Assembly (NCBI GenBank): GCA_016188575.1
Contig: JACPHN010000192.1
Coordinates: forward strand, 150-64,149
Direction: 5' to 3'
Length of the DNA: 64,000 nucleotides
Origin: Candidatus Schekmanbacteria bacterium
Lineage (GTDB): Bacteria; CSSED10-310; JACPHN01
This document shows, one piece after another, positions 1 through 9,100 of this stretch. The position numbers were made by a program, and so were the translations under genes. The notes under the pieces were generated by a model that saw nothing but the letters and a program-made list of their open reading frames with translations, did no database searches and was not told where the DNA came from. Position 1 is the first letter of the stretch. Each line of letters opens with the position of its first letter.

Positions 1-259
1 CACCGCCGCGCTCCCGTCCGCGAGCGGTGCCGAACGCGCCGCGTAGGTGCCGTCGGCCGCGTCACCGGCGACCACCTGCCACGACCCCGCGGGGCTCGCT
101 TGCCACGGCATCGCGGAGAAATCACCGGCCTCGAAGGACTCGATCGCGGCGCTCGCCGCCGTCGGGACGGTGGCCACGGCGAGAAAACCGGCGCTCGCCA
201 CCACTCCAAGGCAATACCCCACAGCGAGAGAGAGAGAGAGACATGACGCGCCGCGGCAT
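1..259 (-). CDS. Secreted protein, N-terminal part only (gene runs off the window start)
   Basis: Own minus-strand translation. ATG at 257-259 with GGAGGA 7 nt upstream. MPRRVMSLSLSLAVGYCLGVVASAGFLAVATVPTAASA/AIESFEAGDF has a basic n-region, a hydrophobic core and an A-x-A site. It is absent from the ORF track because there is no stop inside the window. Confidence 0.5.
226..241. repeat. (GA)8 dinucleotide microsatellite, (TC)8 on the coding strand, inside the signal-peptide codons of the partial CDS
   Basis: Direct reading: gagagagagagagaga at 226-241, immediately after the internal ATG at 242-244. It encodes SLSLSL. Confidence 0.9.
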
Positions 260-625
260 GCGAACTTCCTCCGATCAGACACGTTGCCCTGGATGCTACC
301 TCGCCCGCGCGAACGACGCAAGCGGCGAGCGTTACCTGAAGCCACCGGCCCGCGGAACAATTCCCCTCGGTTGCGTCTAGCCGGTGGTTTCCCCACTGGA
401 CTCGACGCATGGATTTCTGGCGGCTTTCTCGGATCGGACTTTCGCTTTGCGACGTGATTTTGAGCCAGGGTGGGACACCACCGCGCGAAACACCTACCCA
501 TGAAAAAGGGACGAAGGGGGGTATTCGCGATGCGCTTTCCGCGCAGCTTGCCGTCTGGCAGGCGGTGGATTCAGGATTCAGGCCGAGCCTCATCGCTTGA
601 AGCCGCCGTCAAGGCGCGGTAGACT

Positions 626-1753
626 ATGGTGCACTCGAATCTACCAACGCCTGAAAGCTCGGTGCTGGCCATGAATTCCCCCCGGCTGGAGAATACGCCG
701 CCTCCGACGGCAGAGGCGCGCATGCTGATCGGTGGCCGCTACCGAGTCATTCGGCCGCTCGGCAGCGGCGGCGTGGGCATGGTTTACCTCGCGACCGACA
801 CACAGACCGCCGAGCACGTGGCGGTGAAGGTCCTGTGCGGCGCTTCCGAGTGGGACGAGGAAAAAGCCAAGCGCTTTGATCGCGAGTTCGAGGCGCTCAA
901 GCAGATGCGCCATACCGGCGTCGTGCGCGTGCTGACCAAGGGATTCTATCGAGACGAACCCTTTTTCGCCATGGAATACCTGCCCGGATACTCGCTGTCC
1001 GACCTGATCGTCGGGCCACCACCGGATACGCGGCAGATTCTCGGTTACGTTCTGCTGTTCCGCTCCGTCTTCGAGACGCTCAAGTACATCCACGGCGAGG
1101 GCATCATTCATCGCGACTTGACCCCCGCGAACATCCGCATCGTTCCCGGTGGCACCGTCAAGCTCGTCGACTTCGGCCTCGCCAAGGTGAGCATGCCTGG
1201 GCCCGAGCTCACGCTGGCCGGCCAGGTCATGGGAACCGCCGCATACATGTCCCCCGAGCAGGCGAGCGGCGAGCCGATCGACGCGCGCAGCGATCTTTAT
1301 TCTGCCGGAATCTGCCTTTATCACGCCATCACCGGGTGCCTGCCGTTCGCTTCCTTCAACCCCATCATCCTCGCCGGAATGCACAAGCTGGACATGCCGT
1401 CCACGCCCTCCTTTCGCAACCCGTGCGTGCCGCGGGACGTGGAGGACCTGGTCATTTCGCTCATGGAGAAAAAGCCGGAAAACCGCTTCCCGTCAGCCGA
1501 GGCCGCCCTGAGCGCGCTCGACGAAGTCATGGCGAGTCACCGGGCGGACAATCCTCCGCGCTCGGCCGAGCTCACCAGATTGCGCGTGGGCCGCGAGGCC
1601 TTTTCGGCGCCGGACGACGGCCCCATGCCGCAGCAGGTCGTCGACGAGGAGGTGCGAGATACCTCGCCGGCGCGCCGTCGGACCGGTGAGGCGCAGGGGT
1701 TTCGCGCAAGGCTCAGAGCGATCTTCCGGGGCAAGCGACCACCAGCAGGTTGA
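626..1753 (+). CDS. Hanks-type Ser/Thr protein kinase
   Basis: GSGGVGMVY...AVK (P-loop and Lys), HRDLTPANI catalytic loop, DFGLAK, and MSPEQ activation segment. Confidence 0.9.
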   Translation: MVHSNLPTPESSVLAMNSPRLENTPPPTAEARMLIGGRYRVIRPLGSGGVGMVYLATDTQTAEHVAVKVLCGASEWDEEKAKRFDREFEALKQMRHTGVVRVLTKGFYRDEPFFAMEYLPGYSLSDLIVGPPPDTRQILGYVLLFRSVFETLKYIHGEGIIHRDLTPANIRIVPGGTVKLVDFGLAKVSMPGPELTLAGQVMGTAAYMSPEQASGEPIDARSDLYSAGICLYHAITGCLPFASFNPIILAGMHKLDMPSTPSFRNPCVPRDVEDLVISLMEKKPENRFPSAEAALSALDEVMASHRADNPPRSAELTRLRVGREAFSAPDDGPMPQQVVDEEVRDTSPARRRTGEAQGFRARLRAIFRGKRPPAG

Positions 1754-1777
1754 AACGCGCCGCGCTCCTCGTGTCGA

Positions 1778-3127
1778 TCAGTAGTTGAGGGCGGCACCCA
1801 TGACGAAGTGCCAATCCTGGAGCTCCTCCTTTCCCAGGAGAAATGGCAAGCCGCGACCGGCCTCCACGAAAAACTCGAAGGCCTGGGGGATCGGATTGCC
1901 TGGCTGGCGCAGCTCGTGGCGCAGTTGTCGCAACGAGAACCGGATCGCCGCGGTGGTGACCCTGGTGTCGGCGGTGAGAACCTCCAGCGTGAGCTTCGGC
2001 GAGGTGCCACTGCCGCGGTTCTGAATGATGAGATCGAGCTTGTAGCTGAGCGCTACCGACCACGGCGTCGCGCGCGAGTTCGGCTCGACAGGCAACATGA
2101 GCCCCGAGCGCCAGTGCAGCCGTGCCACGTAGTCGTATTGCGCGAGCCGGCGAAACGACCGGTCCCGCTGTAGCGCCAGCTCCACCAGCCCGCGGAAGAG
2201 CTTCTGTCCTTCGATGTCCGCCCACTCGCTGAGCGCCGTCAGGTCCACCACATACTCCGGTGTCTCGAAGATGAAGCCCATGCGCAGCCGCGGCTCGAGG
2301 CTCACGCCGAGCTTCGTCAGGTCGGTGCGCAGGCCGAGCCGCAGCAATCCGCTCTCGTCTTGCCAGAGCCGCACGATGGATCCGATCTTGCCCTGATTCG
2401 ACAGCGACGTCGTTACCAACACGGCGGTGGCGAGTGTCCACTCCGAAGCCAGGAGCGAGGTCAGCACCCGATCCCAGTCGGTGCGCAGCCCGGTGGCATG
2501 CGCGAGCAGGTAGACGCTGAGGTCCCAGAGCGACTCCTCGTCGAGGTTCTCATTCAACAGCGCCGTGACCTTGTTCAGGGCGAGCTGGGCCGAAGCTTTC
2601 GGGAAGGCGATGTCCTCGTGCCACGGAGCGCTTCCGGAAAAGGAATAGGTATAGAAGGGCGCGGCGTGGAAATGCGGTGCAGAGCTGTAGCGCGCGCGCA
2701 ACTTGAGCAGGAACGCCATCCAATCCCGATAGGCGCGCTCCATGGCCAGGTGGGTCGCGGCGTGCAAGGTGTAGGGGCTCCGCACGACGCGGTCGAGCAC
2801 CCAGCGGTCGACGAGAATGCGCCGCGACGAGACGAAGAAGTTCACGTCGCTCTGGATCTGCCAGAGACGTTTTTCCAGACGGATCAGCGACCAGTACGAG
2901 CTGAGGCCGCTGTAGAGCTGGCTCTCGTCGGGTGCCAGCCGACCGCTGAGGGGATCGAGGACGTCTTCCGGCGGCAGCAGGTCACCCAGCTCGGATGATG
3001 TCGACGCACCGCCGGCCTGGGGAGCGAGGGCGGATTCAGCCGCCGCGGCCGGGTCGGCGAGATGCGCACTAACCCACACTACCGCCATGACGGCGAGCAC
3101 AAGCATGGCGCGCTTCCAGTGGGACAC
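1778..3127 (-). CDS. Secreted hypothetical protein, possibly an outer-membrane beta-barrel
   Basis: N-terminal signal peptide (MSHWKRAMLVLAVMAVVWVSAHLA). Non-biased composition. C-terminus ends in an aromatic residue (..GAALNY), as in many OMPs. No family recognised. Confidence 0.6.
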   Translation of the reverse strand: MSHWKRAMLVLAVMAVVWVSAHLADPAAAAESALAPQAGGASTSSELGDLLPPEDVLDPLSGRLAPDESQLYSGLSSYWSLIRLEKRLWQIQSDVNFFVSSRRILVDRWVLDRVVRSPYTLHAATHLAMERAYRDWMAFLLKLRARYSSAPHFHAAPFYTYSFSGSAPWHEDIAFPKASAQLALNKVTALLNENLDEESLWDLSVYLLAHATGLRTDWDRVLTSLLASEWTLATAVLVTTSLSNQGKIGSIVRLWQDESGLLRLGLRTDLTKLGVSLEPRLRMGFIFETPEYVVDLTALSEWADIEGQKLFRGLVELALQRDRSFRRLAQYDYVARLHWRSGLMLPVEPNSRATPWSVALSYKLDLIIQNRGSGTSPKLTLEVLTADTRVTTAAIRFSLRQLRHELRQPGNPIPQAFEFFVEAGRGLPFLLGKEELQDWHFVMGAALNY

Positions 3128-3151
3128 CGATAGGCTCGGGAATGCGATTAC

Positions 3152-3649
3152 TCAGAAACAGTCGATGCAGGCAGTCCAGGCGGCGACGATATCCGAGCTG
3201 GTGTCAATGAGCACCACCCGCTCAATGGGAGAGCTCGAGAACGAGCGAATCGCCGCAAACATCTCCGCCGCGGCAACTTCGGGCGAGACGCCGCCCCGGC
3301 CCGTGCCAAACCCGGGTAGCGCCACGGACTTGAAGCCGCCGTCTTCGGTCGCCTTGAGCGCGGCACGCGTCGCCTGCCCCACCTGCTTGGCGTCCGCGGA
3401 CGCCGCCCCGACAGGCATCGTCGGCACATGAATAATGGCCTTGAACCGGGTCCGGCCACCCTCGGTCACCACCGCCGCTCCCACGGCGATCGGCGCCTTC
3501 GCCGCCACCTGCTGGGCGATGTCGGCACCCGCGGCTTCCGTGATCATACTCGCCAGCCCCGCCTCCATCTTCCCCTCCGCGTCGGCGGGATTCGCGATGG
3601 CGTCGGTATCCGCCTCGAGGATGCTTCCTTCTCGAATGTCCACTTGCAT
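3152..3649 (-). CDS. Macro-domain protein (ADP-ribose binding/hydrolase family)
   Basis: 165 aa. GSILEADTDAIANPA.., ..VTEGG..KAIIHVPT.. and ..VALPGFGTGRGG match the macro-domain layout (N-terminal Asp/Asn motif, central G-rich loop, C-terminal GxG loop). Confidence 0.75.
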   Translation of the reverse strand: MQVDIREGSILEADTDAIANPADAEGKMEAGLASMITEAAGADIAQQVAAKAPIAVGAAVVTEGGRTRFKAIIHVPTMPVGAASADAKQVGQATRAALKATEDGGFKSVALPGFGTGRGGVSPEVAAAEMFAAIRSFSSSPIERVVLIDTSSDIVAAWTACIDCF

Positions 3650-3724
3650 TGACCACTACCTCCGGCTGGCTGCCAGACAACCCTGGCTCTTATCACCAAC
3701 CGCCAGCTTGAGCAATCACCGGGG

Positions 3725-5041
3725 TCACGACGGCAGGTATCGGCGCAGCAGCGACGGCCACAGGGTCGCGGCGCCGAGCTTCCTGAGGTTGCCATACATG
3801 CCGACGAGAACGCGGTCGAAAAAGATAATGTCCGGGGGCACCACGTACGAAAGAAAGGTCTTCCAGTACCGCAAGGCGAGCATCGACAGCTCGTTGTGGA
3901 TGTCGCTCTTGCCCCAATCGTAGGGTCGCTCGGACGTCCACGGAGGCAACAGGACGTCGCCGAATTCTTTGATGATGGATTGCTCGATCACCGTGCCCTC
4001 GGGATCGTAGAACCCGAGTGTGCGCAGGTCGTCGCCGATCCGGCCGAAGCAACCATCGAGCGCCGCCCGGACGACGGCGGCATAGCTCTTCACAAATGCG
4101 TCAGGAAAGCGTTTGACGCAGCCGAAATCGTACATGACCAGCCGATCATCCGGCGTGAACGCGAAGTTGGCCAGGTTGGGATCCGCATGTAGCATGCGGA
4201 GCTCGAAGAACTGGCGCATGATGAGCTCCCCCATCAGTGATCCGAAGTAGTCTCGCCGGTGCTGGCTCACGCCCGGTGCGCACAAGTCGTCGGCCCGCCA
4301 ACCGCCGACGTACTCCATGGTCAGCACCGCCTTTGCGGAAAGCTCCTCGACAGGTTCCGGAATGATGACCCGCCGCTCGCCCGCGAACAGCTCGCGAAAC
4401 TCGCGCAAGTTGCGCGCCTCAAGCTCATAGTCGAGCTCCTCCACGAGCCGCTGGCGCAGCTCCTGAAACAAGGACTCGACGTTTTCCTTCGGGCGCACCT
4501 GGCCGAGCGCCCGAAAGAGGACCTTGAGATTCTTGAAGTCACTTTCGATCGTTCTGTCGACGCCGGGGTACTGAATCTTGACGACCACTTTGCGGCCGTC
4601 CCGCGTCACGGCGCGGTGCACCTGACCGATAGACGCGGACGAGTGCGGCTCGGTGTGAAACTCGGCAAAGCACGCTTCGACGGGCCTTCCAAGCTGCTCC
4701 TCCACCTGCCGGCGAATCGAGGAAAACGACACCGCTGGAGCGTCCTGTTGGAGACCGGACAGGATGTCGGTGATCTCCTTGGGGAGCACATCCGCCTGCA
4801 GGCTCAGCATCTGGCCGACCTTCATGATCGCCCCTTTGAGCTCACCCATGGTCCGCGCCATGCGTTCGGCGTTGCGAACGTTGGCGCGGACGAGGGAGGC
4901 CGCTGCGGATTCTCGGGACACTACCGCCGCGCGCACTTTTTGCCCGAGATAGCTGGCGCCGACTTTCGTCGTGAGCGAGCCGACCTTGAGAAAGCGCGTC
5001 AGCCGCGACTGCGGGAAGCGTGAGGAGCCGTCATTGCTCAC
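3725..5041 (-). CDS. ABC1/UbiB-family atypical kinase
   Basis: LGRPVEACFAEFHTEPHSSASIGQVHRA, VVVKIQYPGV, HADPNLANF and YDFGCV are ABC1/ADCK motifs. I chose the GTG at 5039-5041, which overlaps the aldolase TGA as GTGA. The tracked ATG at 5158 would overlap the upstream gene by 121 nt. Confidence 0.8.
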   Translation of the reverse strand: MSNDGSSRFPQSRLTRFLKVGSLTTKVGASYLGQKVRAAVVSRESAAASLVRANVRNAERMARTMGELKGAIMKVGQMLSLQADVLPKEITDILSGLQQDAPAVSFSSIRRQVEEQLGRPVEACFAEFHTEPHSSASIGQVHRAVTRDGRKVVVKIQYPGVDRTIESDFKNLKVLFRALGQVRPKENVESLFQELRQRLVEELDYELEARNLREFRELFAGERRVIIPEPVEELSAKAVLTMEYVGGWRADDLCAPGVSQHRRDYFGSLMGELIMRQFFELRMLHADPNLANFAFTPDDRLVMYDFGCVKRFPDAFVKSYAAVVRAALDGCFGRIGDDLRTLGFYDPEGTVIEQSIIKEFGDVLLPPWTSERPYDWGKSDIHNELSMLALRYWKTFLSYVVPPDIIFFDRVLVGMYGNLRKLGAATLWPSLLRRYLPS

Positions 5042-5958
5042 GACTTGTAGATCTCCATAATCTTCCTGAGAAGAGCGACGCCGTCGGCCTTCGGGCGCTG
5101 GAAGGAGTTTCGCCCAATGATGGACCCGAAACTGCCGCCGCGGTGGATCTGACGGCACTCTTCCAGGACGTCCGCCTCGGCCTTGGCGGCCCCGCCGCTG
5201 AAGATGACGATACGTCGCCCGTCAAAGGCGCTCTGGACAACGTGCCTGACGCGTTCAGAGAGCGTCGCGATGGGGATCTCGCGAGTCTCGTAGACTTTCT
5301 TTGCCTCGGGGACCTCGAGATGGGCGGTCGGCGGCTTTACCTTGATGACGTGAGCGCCGAGCTGGGCGGCGATCTGTGCGGCGTAGGCCACCACGTCCAC
5401 GGCGGTCTCACCGGCGGCCGACAGCGAACCGCCGCGTGGGTACGACCAGACGACGACCGCCAGCCCCACGGCCTTGGCCTCTTGTGCCAGCTCGCGCAGC
5501 TCCCCGAACATCTCGTTGCGATAGGAGGAGCCCGGATAGATGGTGAAGCCGATGGCCGAGCATCCGAGGCGCAGCGCATCGTCGACCGAGGCCGTAACGG
5601 CGGGGCAAGGATCGTCGCCCTTGACGAGGATGTCGGAGTTGTTGAGCTTGAGGATGAGCGGGATCTCGCCCGCAAACTGGGCCGCCGCGGCCTCCAGCGC
5701 GCCGAGCGGGGCCGCGTAGGCGTTGCACCCCGCTTCCAATGCGAGCTCGAAGAAGTAGCGCGGGTCGTAGCCGGCGGGATTTGCCGCGAACGTGCGCGCC
5801 GGGCCGTGCTCGAATCCCTGATCCACGGGAAGAATGACCATCTTGCCCGTGCCACCTAGCGTACCGTGGTTCAGCATGCGCGCCAGGTTCGCCTTCGTGC
5901 CGGGGTTGTCAGCGGAGTACCAGCCGAGTATCTCACGAACGCGGGCCGAATGGGACAT
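5038..5958 (-). CDS. Class I fructose-bisphosphate aldolase, DhnA/FbaB (archaeal-type) family
   Basis: NPGTKANLARML..GKMVILPVDQGFEHGP N-terminus, ..HVIKVKPP (Schiff-base Lys region) and ..SGGAAK.. are typical of the DhnA-type TIM-barrel aldolase family. Confidence 0.8.
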   Translation of the reverse strand: MSHSARVREILGWYSADNPGTKANLARMLNHGTLGGTGKMVILPVDQGFEHGPARTFAANPAGYDPRYFFELALEAGCNAYAAPLGALEAAAAQFAGEIPLILKLNNSDILVKGDDPCPAVTASVDDALRLGCSAIGFTIYPGSSYRNEMFGELRELAQEAKAVGLAVVVWSYPRGGSLSAAGETAVDVVAYAAQIAAQLGAHVIKVKPPTAHLEVPEAKKVYETREIPIATLSERVRHVVQSAFDGRRIVIFSGGAAKAEADVLEECRQIHRGGSFGSIIGRNSFQRPKADGVALLRKIMEIYKS

Positions 5959-6034
5959 CGTCTCCTCCCTTCCAGCGGTTGTTCCCGGTCCCTCGCGGGA
6001 CGGGACACGAAATCGCCATTGTCGTCATCATTAT

Positions 6035-6173
6035 CATCTATTCGTCAGCCGGTCCGAAACCCCACCCTTCAGGGCGGAATCGCCGCGGAACCCCGGCCTG
6101 AAGGCCAGGGTGTCAGCGGTGGTTTGGGCGGGTTTTGACCCCGCTCAAACCTGTCGCCGGCCTAAAGGCCGGC
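6035..6173. repeat. Structured intergenic repeat, copy X1 (58-nt core plus hairpin modules)
   Basis: Core 6035-6092 (catctattcgtcagccggtccgaaaccccacccttcagggcggaatcgccgcggaacc) recurs at 36696-36753 with 2-3 differences. It is followed by hairpins ccggcctgaaggccagg and gccggcctaaaggccggc (6156-6173). Confidence 0.8.
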
Positions 6174-6198
6174 AGCCTTGTTGGTCATCATCAACATC

Positions 6199-6222
6199 CG
6201 CCGCCCCGGTCGTGGGGCGGCG
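6199..6222 (-). terminator. GC-rich hairpin downstream of the GAF-TPR gene
   Basis: Perfect 9-bp stem cgccgcccc/ggggcggcg with a 6-nt loop, 28 nt past the stop at 6250. There is no U-tract, so terminator function is only inferred. Confidence 0.35.
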
Positions 6223-6249
6223 TGCGCAAGCGCGGCGCAGCTTCCGCTG

Positions 6250-7959
6250 TCAGCGCCGCGAAGCATTGTAACGGGCCTTGGTGAGCAGTTTCTCCGCGGT
6301 CGAGTTCGTCGGATCGAGAAACAGGACCTTGCGCAGCGCCGCCGCGCACGCGTCGAGCTCGTTCGTCTTGAGAAGCCGTTTGCCTTCCTTCAGCAACTGC
6401 TTGATGCGGAGCGCGCGCTCGCGCTCCTCCTGCTTCTTCTCCAGGAATTCCTGCTCGAGGAGCTGCTTGGAGAGCACGTCGACAGCGCGCAGAATGAGCG
6501 CATTGGCAGGGTCGTGCCGCAGCGCTGTGCGGAGCTCGGAGAGCGCTTCGCGCAACTTTCCTTCGTGTTGCAACCGTTCTGCCCGCTCGCGATGGTAGCC
6601 CGCGGGATCGGCGAGCTGCCGTTGCCGCTGACGCGCCTGGATTTCGTCGAGTCGGGCGAGCAGCTCCCGTGCCTGGGCGTGCTGGGGAACGGCCTGAAAC
6701 ACCTGACGCAGCGCCGCGCGGGATTCTTCGTACTGGCCGCGCCGATGGAGCTCCTCGGCGGTCGACATGGCGGTGGCGACATTCCTGGCCTGCTCGCGCT
6801 GCGCGGCCTCGACCTTGCGGAGCTCCTCGGAAAGAAGGCTGTTCGCCTGGGACAGCAGTCGTCGCGCGTCGGGCAAGTCGGGGTGCGAGCGCAGCACGAT
6901 TTGCAGCTCGTCGATCGCCTCCTGATACATGCGCTGGCGGAGATACTCGCGCGGCCGCACGAGCCAGTCGTCCGCGTCCTCGCGGGCGCGGGCGACGCGC
7001 TGGCGAACGATTTCGCGGCTCAGCTCGCGCGCCTCCGGGTTGTCGGGGTCGGCGTCGAGGTAGGCCATGATGCAGGATTCGGCTTCCTGGAGCCGGTTTC
7101 GCGCCAGCATCTCCCGGGCGCGAACCAGAAGGAAGTTGGATACGGCGAGAGGTTCGAGGTGATCGAGAGCTTCCTGCGAGGAGTCCGTCGGAGGCGGCGG
7201 GGTCGGGCCGCGGGGGGCGGCGGGGCGCGCCTCGTCCTCGGCGAAAATCGCCTCGTCGGCGTCGAGCTCGGCGAGAACGAAGGGCGGAATGGGGCGCGGG
7301 GTAGTGTCCACCATGGTGGCCGGGGGTGCCTCAGGGGTGGTCTCGCCGCTCCGCCGCAGCTCCTCGAGGCGCTCGCCAGCCGCGGCCGCCAGGAGCAGAA
7401 GCCAGGAGCGATCGTGATCCTCGGCGCCGCCCGGAGAAGTGGAGAGATTGAGCACTCCGAGCAGGCGCGTGCCGGCAGTGCCCTCCTCGGCAACCTTGAC
7501 CGGCACGCAAACGTCGATCTCGAGCTCGCGCAGCAGCTCCGCCATGGTGGTGGAAACTCCCCAGCGGGGGTCGGCGAGCAGCTTGCTGACCGTGATCGTG
7601 CGTTTGGCGCGGCGCAGCGCCAGCACGAACGGATCGGAGGCGCGGATGCGGGCGCGCCTGGAGACGGCCTGGGGAATGCCGCGGCTGTTGGCGAGGCCGA
7701 GGTAGTCGTCGTCGCCGACGAGGAAGAAGGAAACGTGCGTATAGCCGCAGTCTTCGTGCAGCGCCCGAACGATTTCGGCGATCACGTCGTTGGGACGGGA
7801 CAGATTGTCTAACCTGTCAAGCAGCTCATCCAAAATGCGGGACCCGAGTGGTGATGGGTACGAGCCGGCCGACGAATGCCCTGCGCGCACAAAAGGGCGC
7901 TCCCAGTGTATGGTGGACCGCCCGAAATGTAAAGAGCGGGGGCCGCATGCCACACGCAT
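6250..7959 (-). CDS. GAF-domain plus TPR-repeat protein
   Basis: The N-terminal part (..IVRALHEDCGYTHVSFFLVGDDDYLGLANSRG...LGVLNLS..) looks GAF-like. The C-terminal half has repeated 34-aa TPR-like units (..YQEAIDELQIVLRSHPDLPDAR.., ..GKLREALSELRTALRHDPANA..). The start was moved to the ATG at 7957-7959, 11 nt after the upstream stop. Confidence 0.7.
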   Translation of the reverse strand: MRVACGPRSLHFGRSTIHWERPFVRAGHSSAGSYPSPLGSRILDELLDRLDNLSRPNDVIAEIVRALHEDCGYTHVSFFLVGDDDYLGLANSRGIPQAVSRRARIRASDPFVLALRRAKRTITVSKLLADPRWGVSTTMAELLRELEIDVCVPVKVAEEGTAGTRLLGVLNLSTSPGGAEDHDRSWLLLLAAAAGERLEELRRSGETTPEAPPATMVDTTPRPIPPFVLAELDADEAIFAEDEARPAAPRGPTPPPPTDSSQEALDHLEPLAVSNFLLVRAREMLARNRLQEAESCIMAYLDADPDNPEARELSREIVRQRVARAREDADDWLVRPREYLRQRMYQEAIDELQIVLRSHPDLPDARRLLSQANSLLSEELRKVEAAQREQARNVATAMSTAEELHRRGQYEESRAALRQVFQAVPQHAQARELLARLDEIQARQRQRQLADPAGYHRERAERLQHEGKLREALSELRTALRHDPANALILRAVDVLSKQLLEQEFLEKKQEERERALRIKQLLKEGKRLLKTNELDACAAALRKVLFLDPTNSTAEKLLTKARYNASRR

Positions 7960-7969
7960 TGCGCTCGCC

Positions 7970-9100
7970 CTACAGCCGGCTGACCCCGAGCCGCTGGACG
8001 TGCTCGCCACGTTCTTCCATCTGGCGAATCGCAGCTTCGGTGTGTCTCCACCAGGAAAGCGGCCCGGCGTCCGCCAGCGGGTCGAGCCGCAGGCCCTCTT
8101 GCTGCGTGCTTTTCCGCCAACCCTCGACATACTCGGCAAAAAGCTTCCAGAACGCGTCGCGATACCGGACCGGCAGCGTCTCCGGGTCGAAGTGAAAGCG
8201 AATCCCTGTCTCGGACGAGGCGGTGAGCACCAGCACCCGCGATTCGGGGCCGGTCACCGCCACGGCGATGCCATCCTCCGGCAACGCCACCCGGCCCGTG
8301 TGCTCTTCGACGAGCCCGAGGGAACGCAGGATCGCGGCGAGCACGTAGGTCTGGATGCCCGCGAGTGCCTCATAGGCGCGGCCGATGTAGCCGGCGACAG
8401 CGGAACCGGAAAATCGATCCCGTGGTGATGTTGCCCACCAGATGGCGAAACTGGCGGTCGGCGCCTCGGCGTCGTGCGTCCCCAGCAGATCGGCGCCCCA
8501 CGCGCGAAGCTGTGGGCGCGGCGCGGCCCTGGACAGCGGCGCGGGGGCGAAATACACCGGTTCGGGCTCGCCGAGCTTTGCCAGCAGCTCGGCCGCGCCC
8601 CAAAACTGCTCGGCGGCCTCGGTGCCGGCATCGCCGTACACGAACACGCACACGTGCCGATCGCCGTCGAGCACCTCGTAGGGCACCTCCAGAACGCCGT
8701 CAGGGGTCAGGCGTGTCTGTGCCACCGCTGCCAGCTTCATGCCACCTTCGCCCTTTGGCAGGGCCTCGCTCAACCGCGCGGCGAAGAAGATCCGGTTGAT
8801 CGGGTGAACGGGGTCATGGGGAAAAGGAAGCGGCGGGGTCACGAGCACTGGCCAGTGCGAGGGGGCGTTGCTCGCCCATCGCATGCTGGCGGCCGTATCG
8901 CCGCGCGCCGCCCGGTTTTTGCCAGATGGCCGCATGGTGCTTCTCCTCGCGCGTTTGCGGTCGGAAATAGTCGCGTGGATCCACAGCGTATCGCTGTCGA
9001 CATGGCCAGCGAGGATGTGCTTGACGAGTACAATGGGCTCGAGCCAGGTTTTGTTCACGCCGAGCTGCGCGGCGCGCATGCGGTCAGTGGCTGGCTTCAT
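7970..9100 (-). CDS. Hypothetical protein; start uncertain because the ORF begins exactly at the TnpB element end
   Basis: The ORF has normal composition in its C-terminal ~250 aa. The N-terminal ~120 aa is less convincing (weak codon-position GC contrast in my spot check at 8941-9000). No family recognised. Confidence 0.45.
   Translation of the reverse strand: MKPATDRMRAAQLGVNKTWLEPIVLVKHILAGHVDSDTLWIHATISDRKRARRSTMRPSGKNRAARGDTAASMRWASNAPSHWPVLVTPPLPFPHDPVHPINRIFFAARLSEALPKGEGGMKLAAVAQTRLTPDGVLEVPYEVLDGDRHVCVFVYGDAGTEAAEQFWGAAELLAKLGEPEPVYFAPAPLSRAAPRPQLRAWGADLLGTHDAEAPTASFAIWWATSPRDRFSGSAVAGYIGRAYEALAGIQTYVLAAILRSLGLVEEHTGRVALPEDGIAVAVTGPESRVLVLTASSETGIRFHFDPETLPVRYRDAFWKLFAEYVEGWRKSTQQEGLRLDPLADAGPLSWWRHTEAAIRQMEERGEHVQRLGVSRL

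Noticed and set aside
260-625. 366-nt divergent intergenic region with an 8-bp stem (ccaccggc 342-349 / gccggtgg 380-387) as a possible riboswitch or sRNA.
   Set aside because: I recognise no conserved riboswitch core. A single long-loop stem is weak evidence, and this is most likely just divergent promoter space.
6041-6092. Resemblance of the X core (gtcagccggtccgaaacc) to the SRP RNA domain IV region, or tRNA-like features.
   Set aside because: Only a short partial match, with no apical GNAR loop or symmetric-loop context. The element is present twice and is modular with other hairpins, so it behaves as a dispersed repeat.
6178-7812. Long plus-strand ORF (544 aa) antisense to the GAF-TPR gene, and similar mirror ORFs at 9218-11095, 13491-15881, 23557-25428, 35016-36368, 43727-45076 and 50990-52537.
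   Set aside because: They are extremely Arg/Gly/Ala/Pro-rich with low-complexity composition, and each lies opposite a gene with clear family motifs. These are typical shadow ORFs of high-GC DNA.
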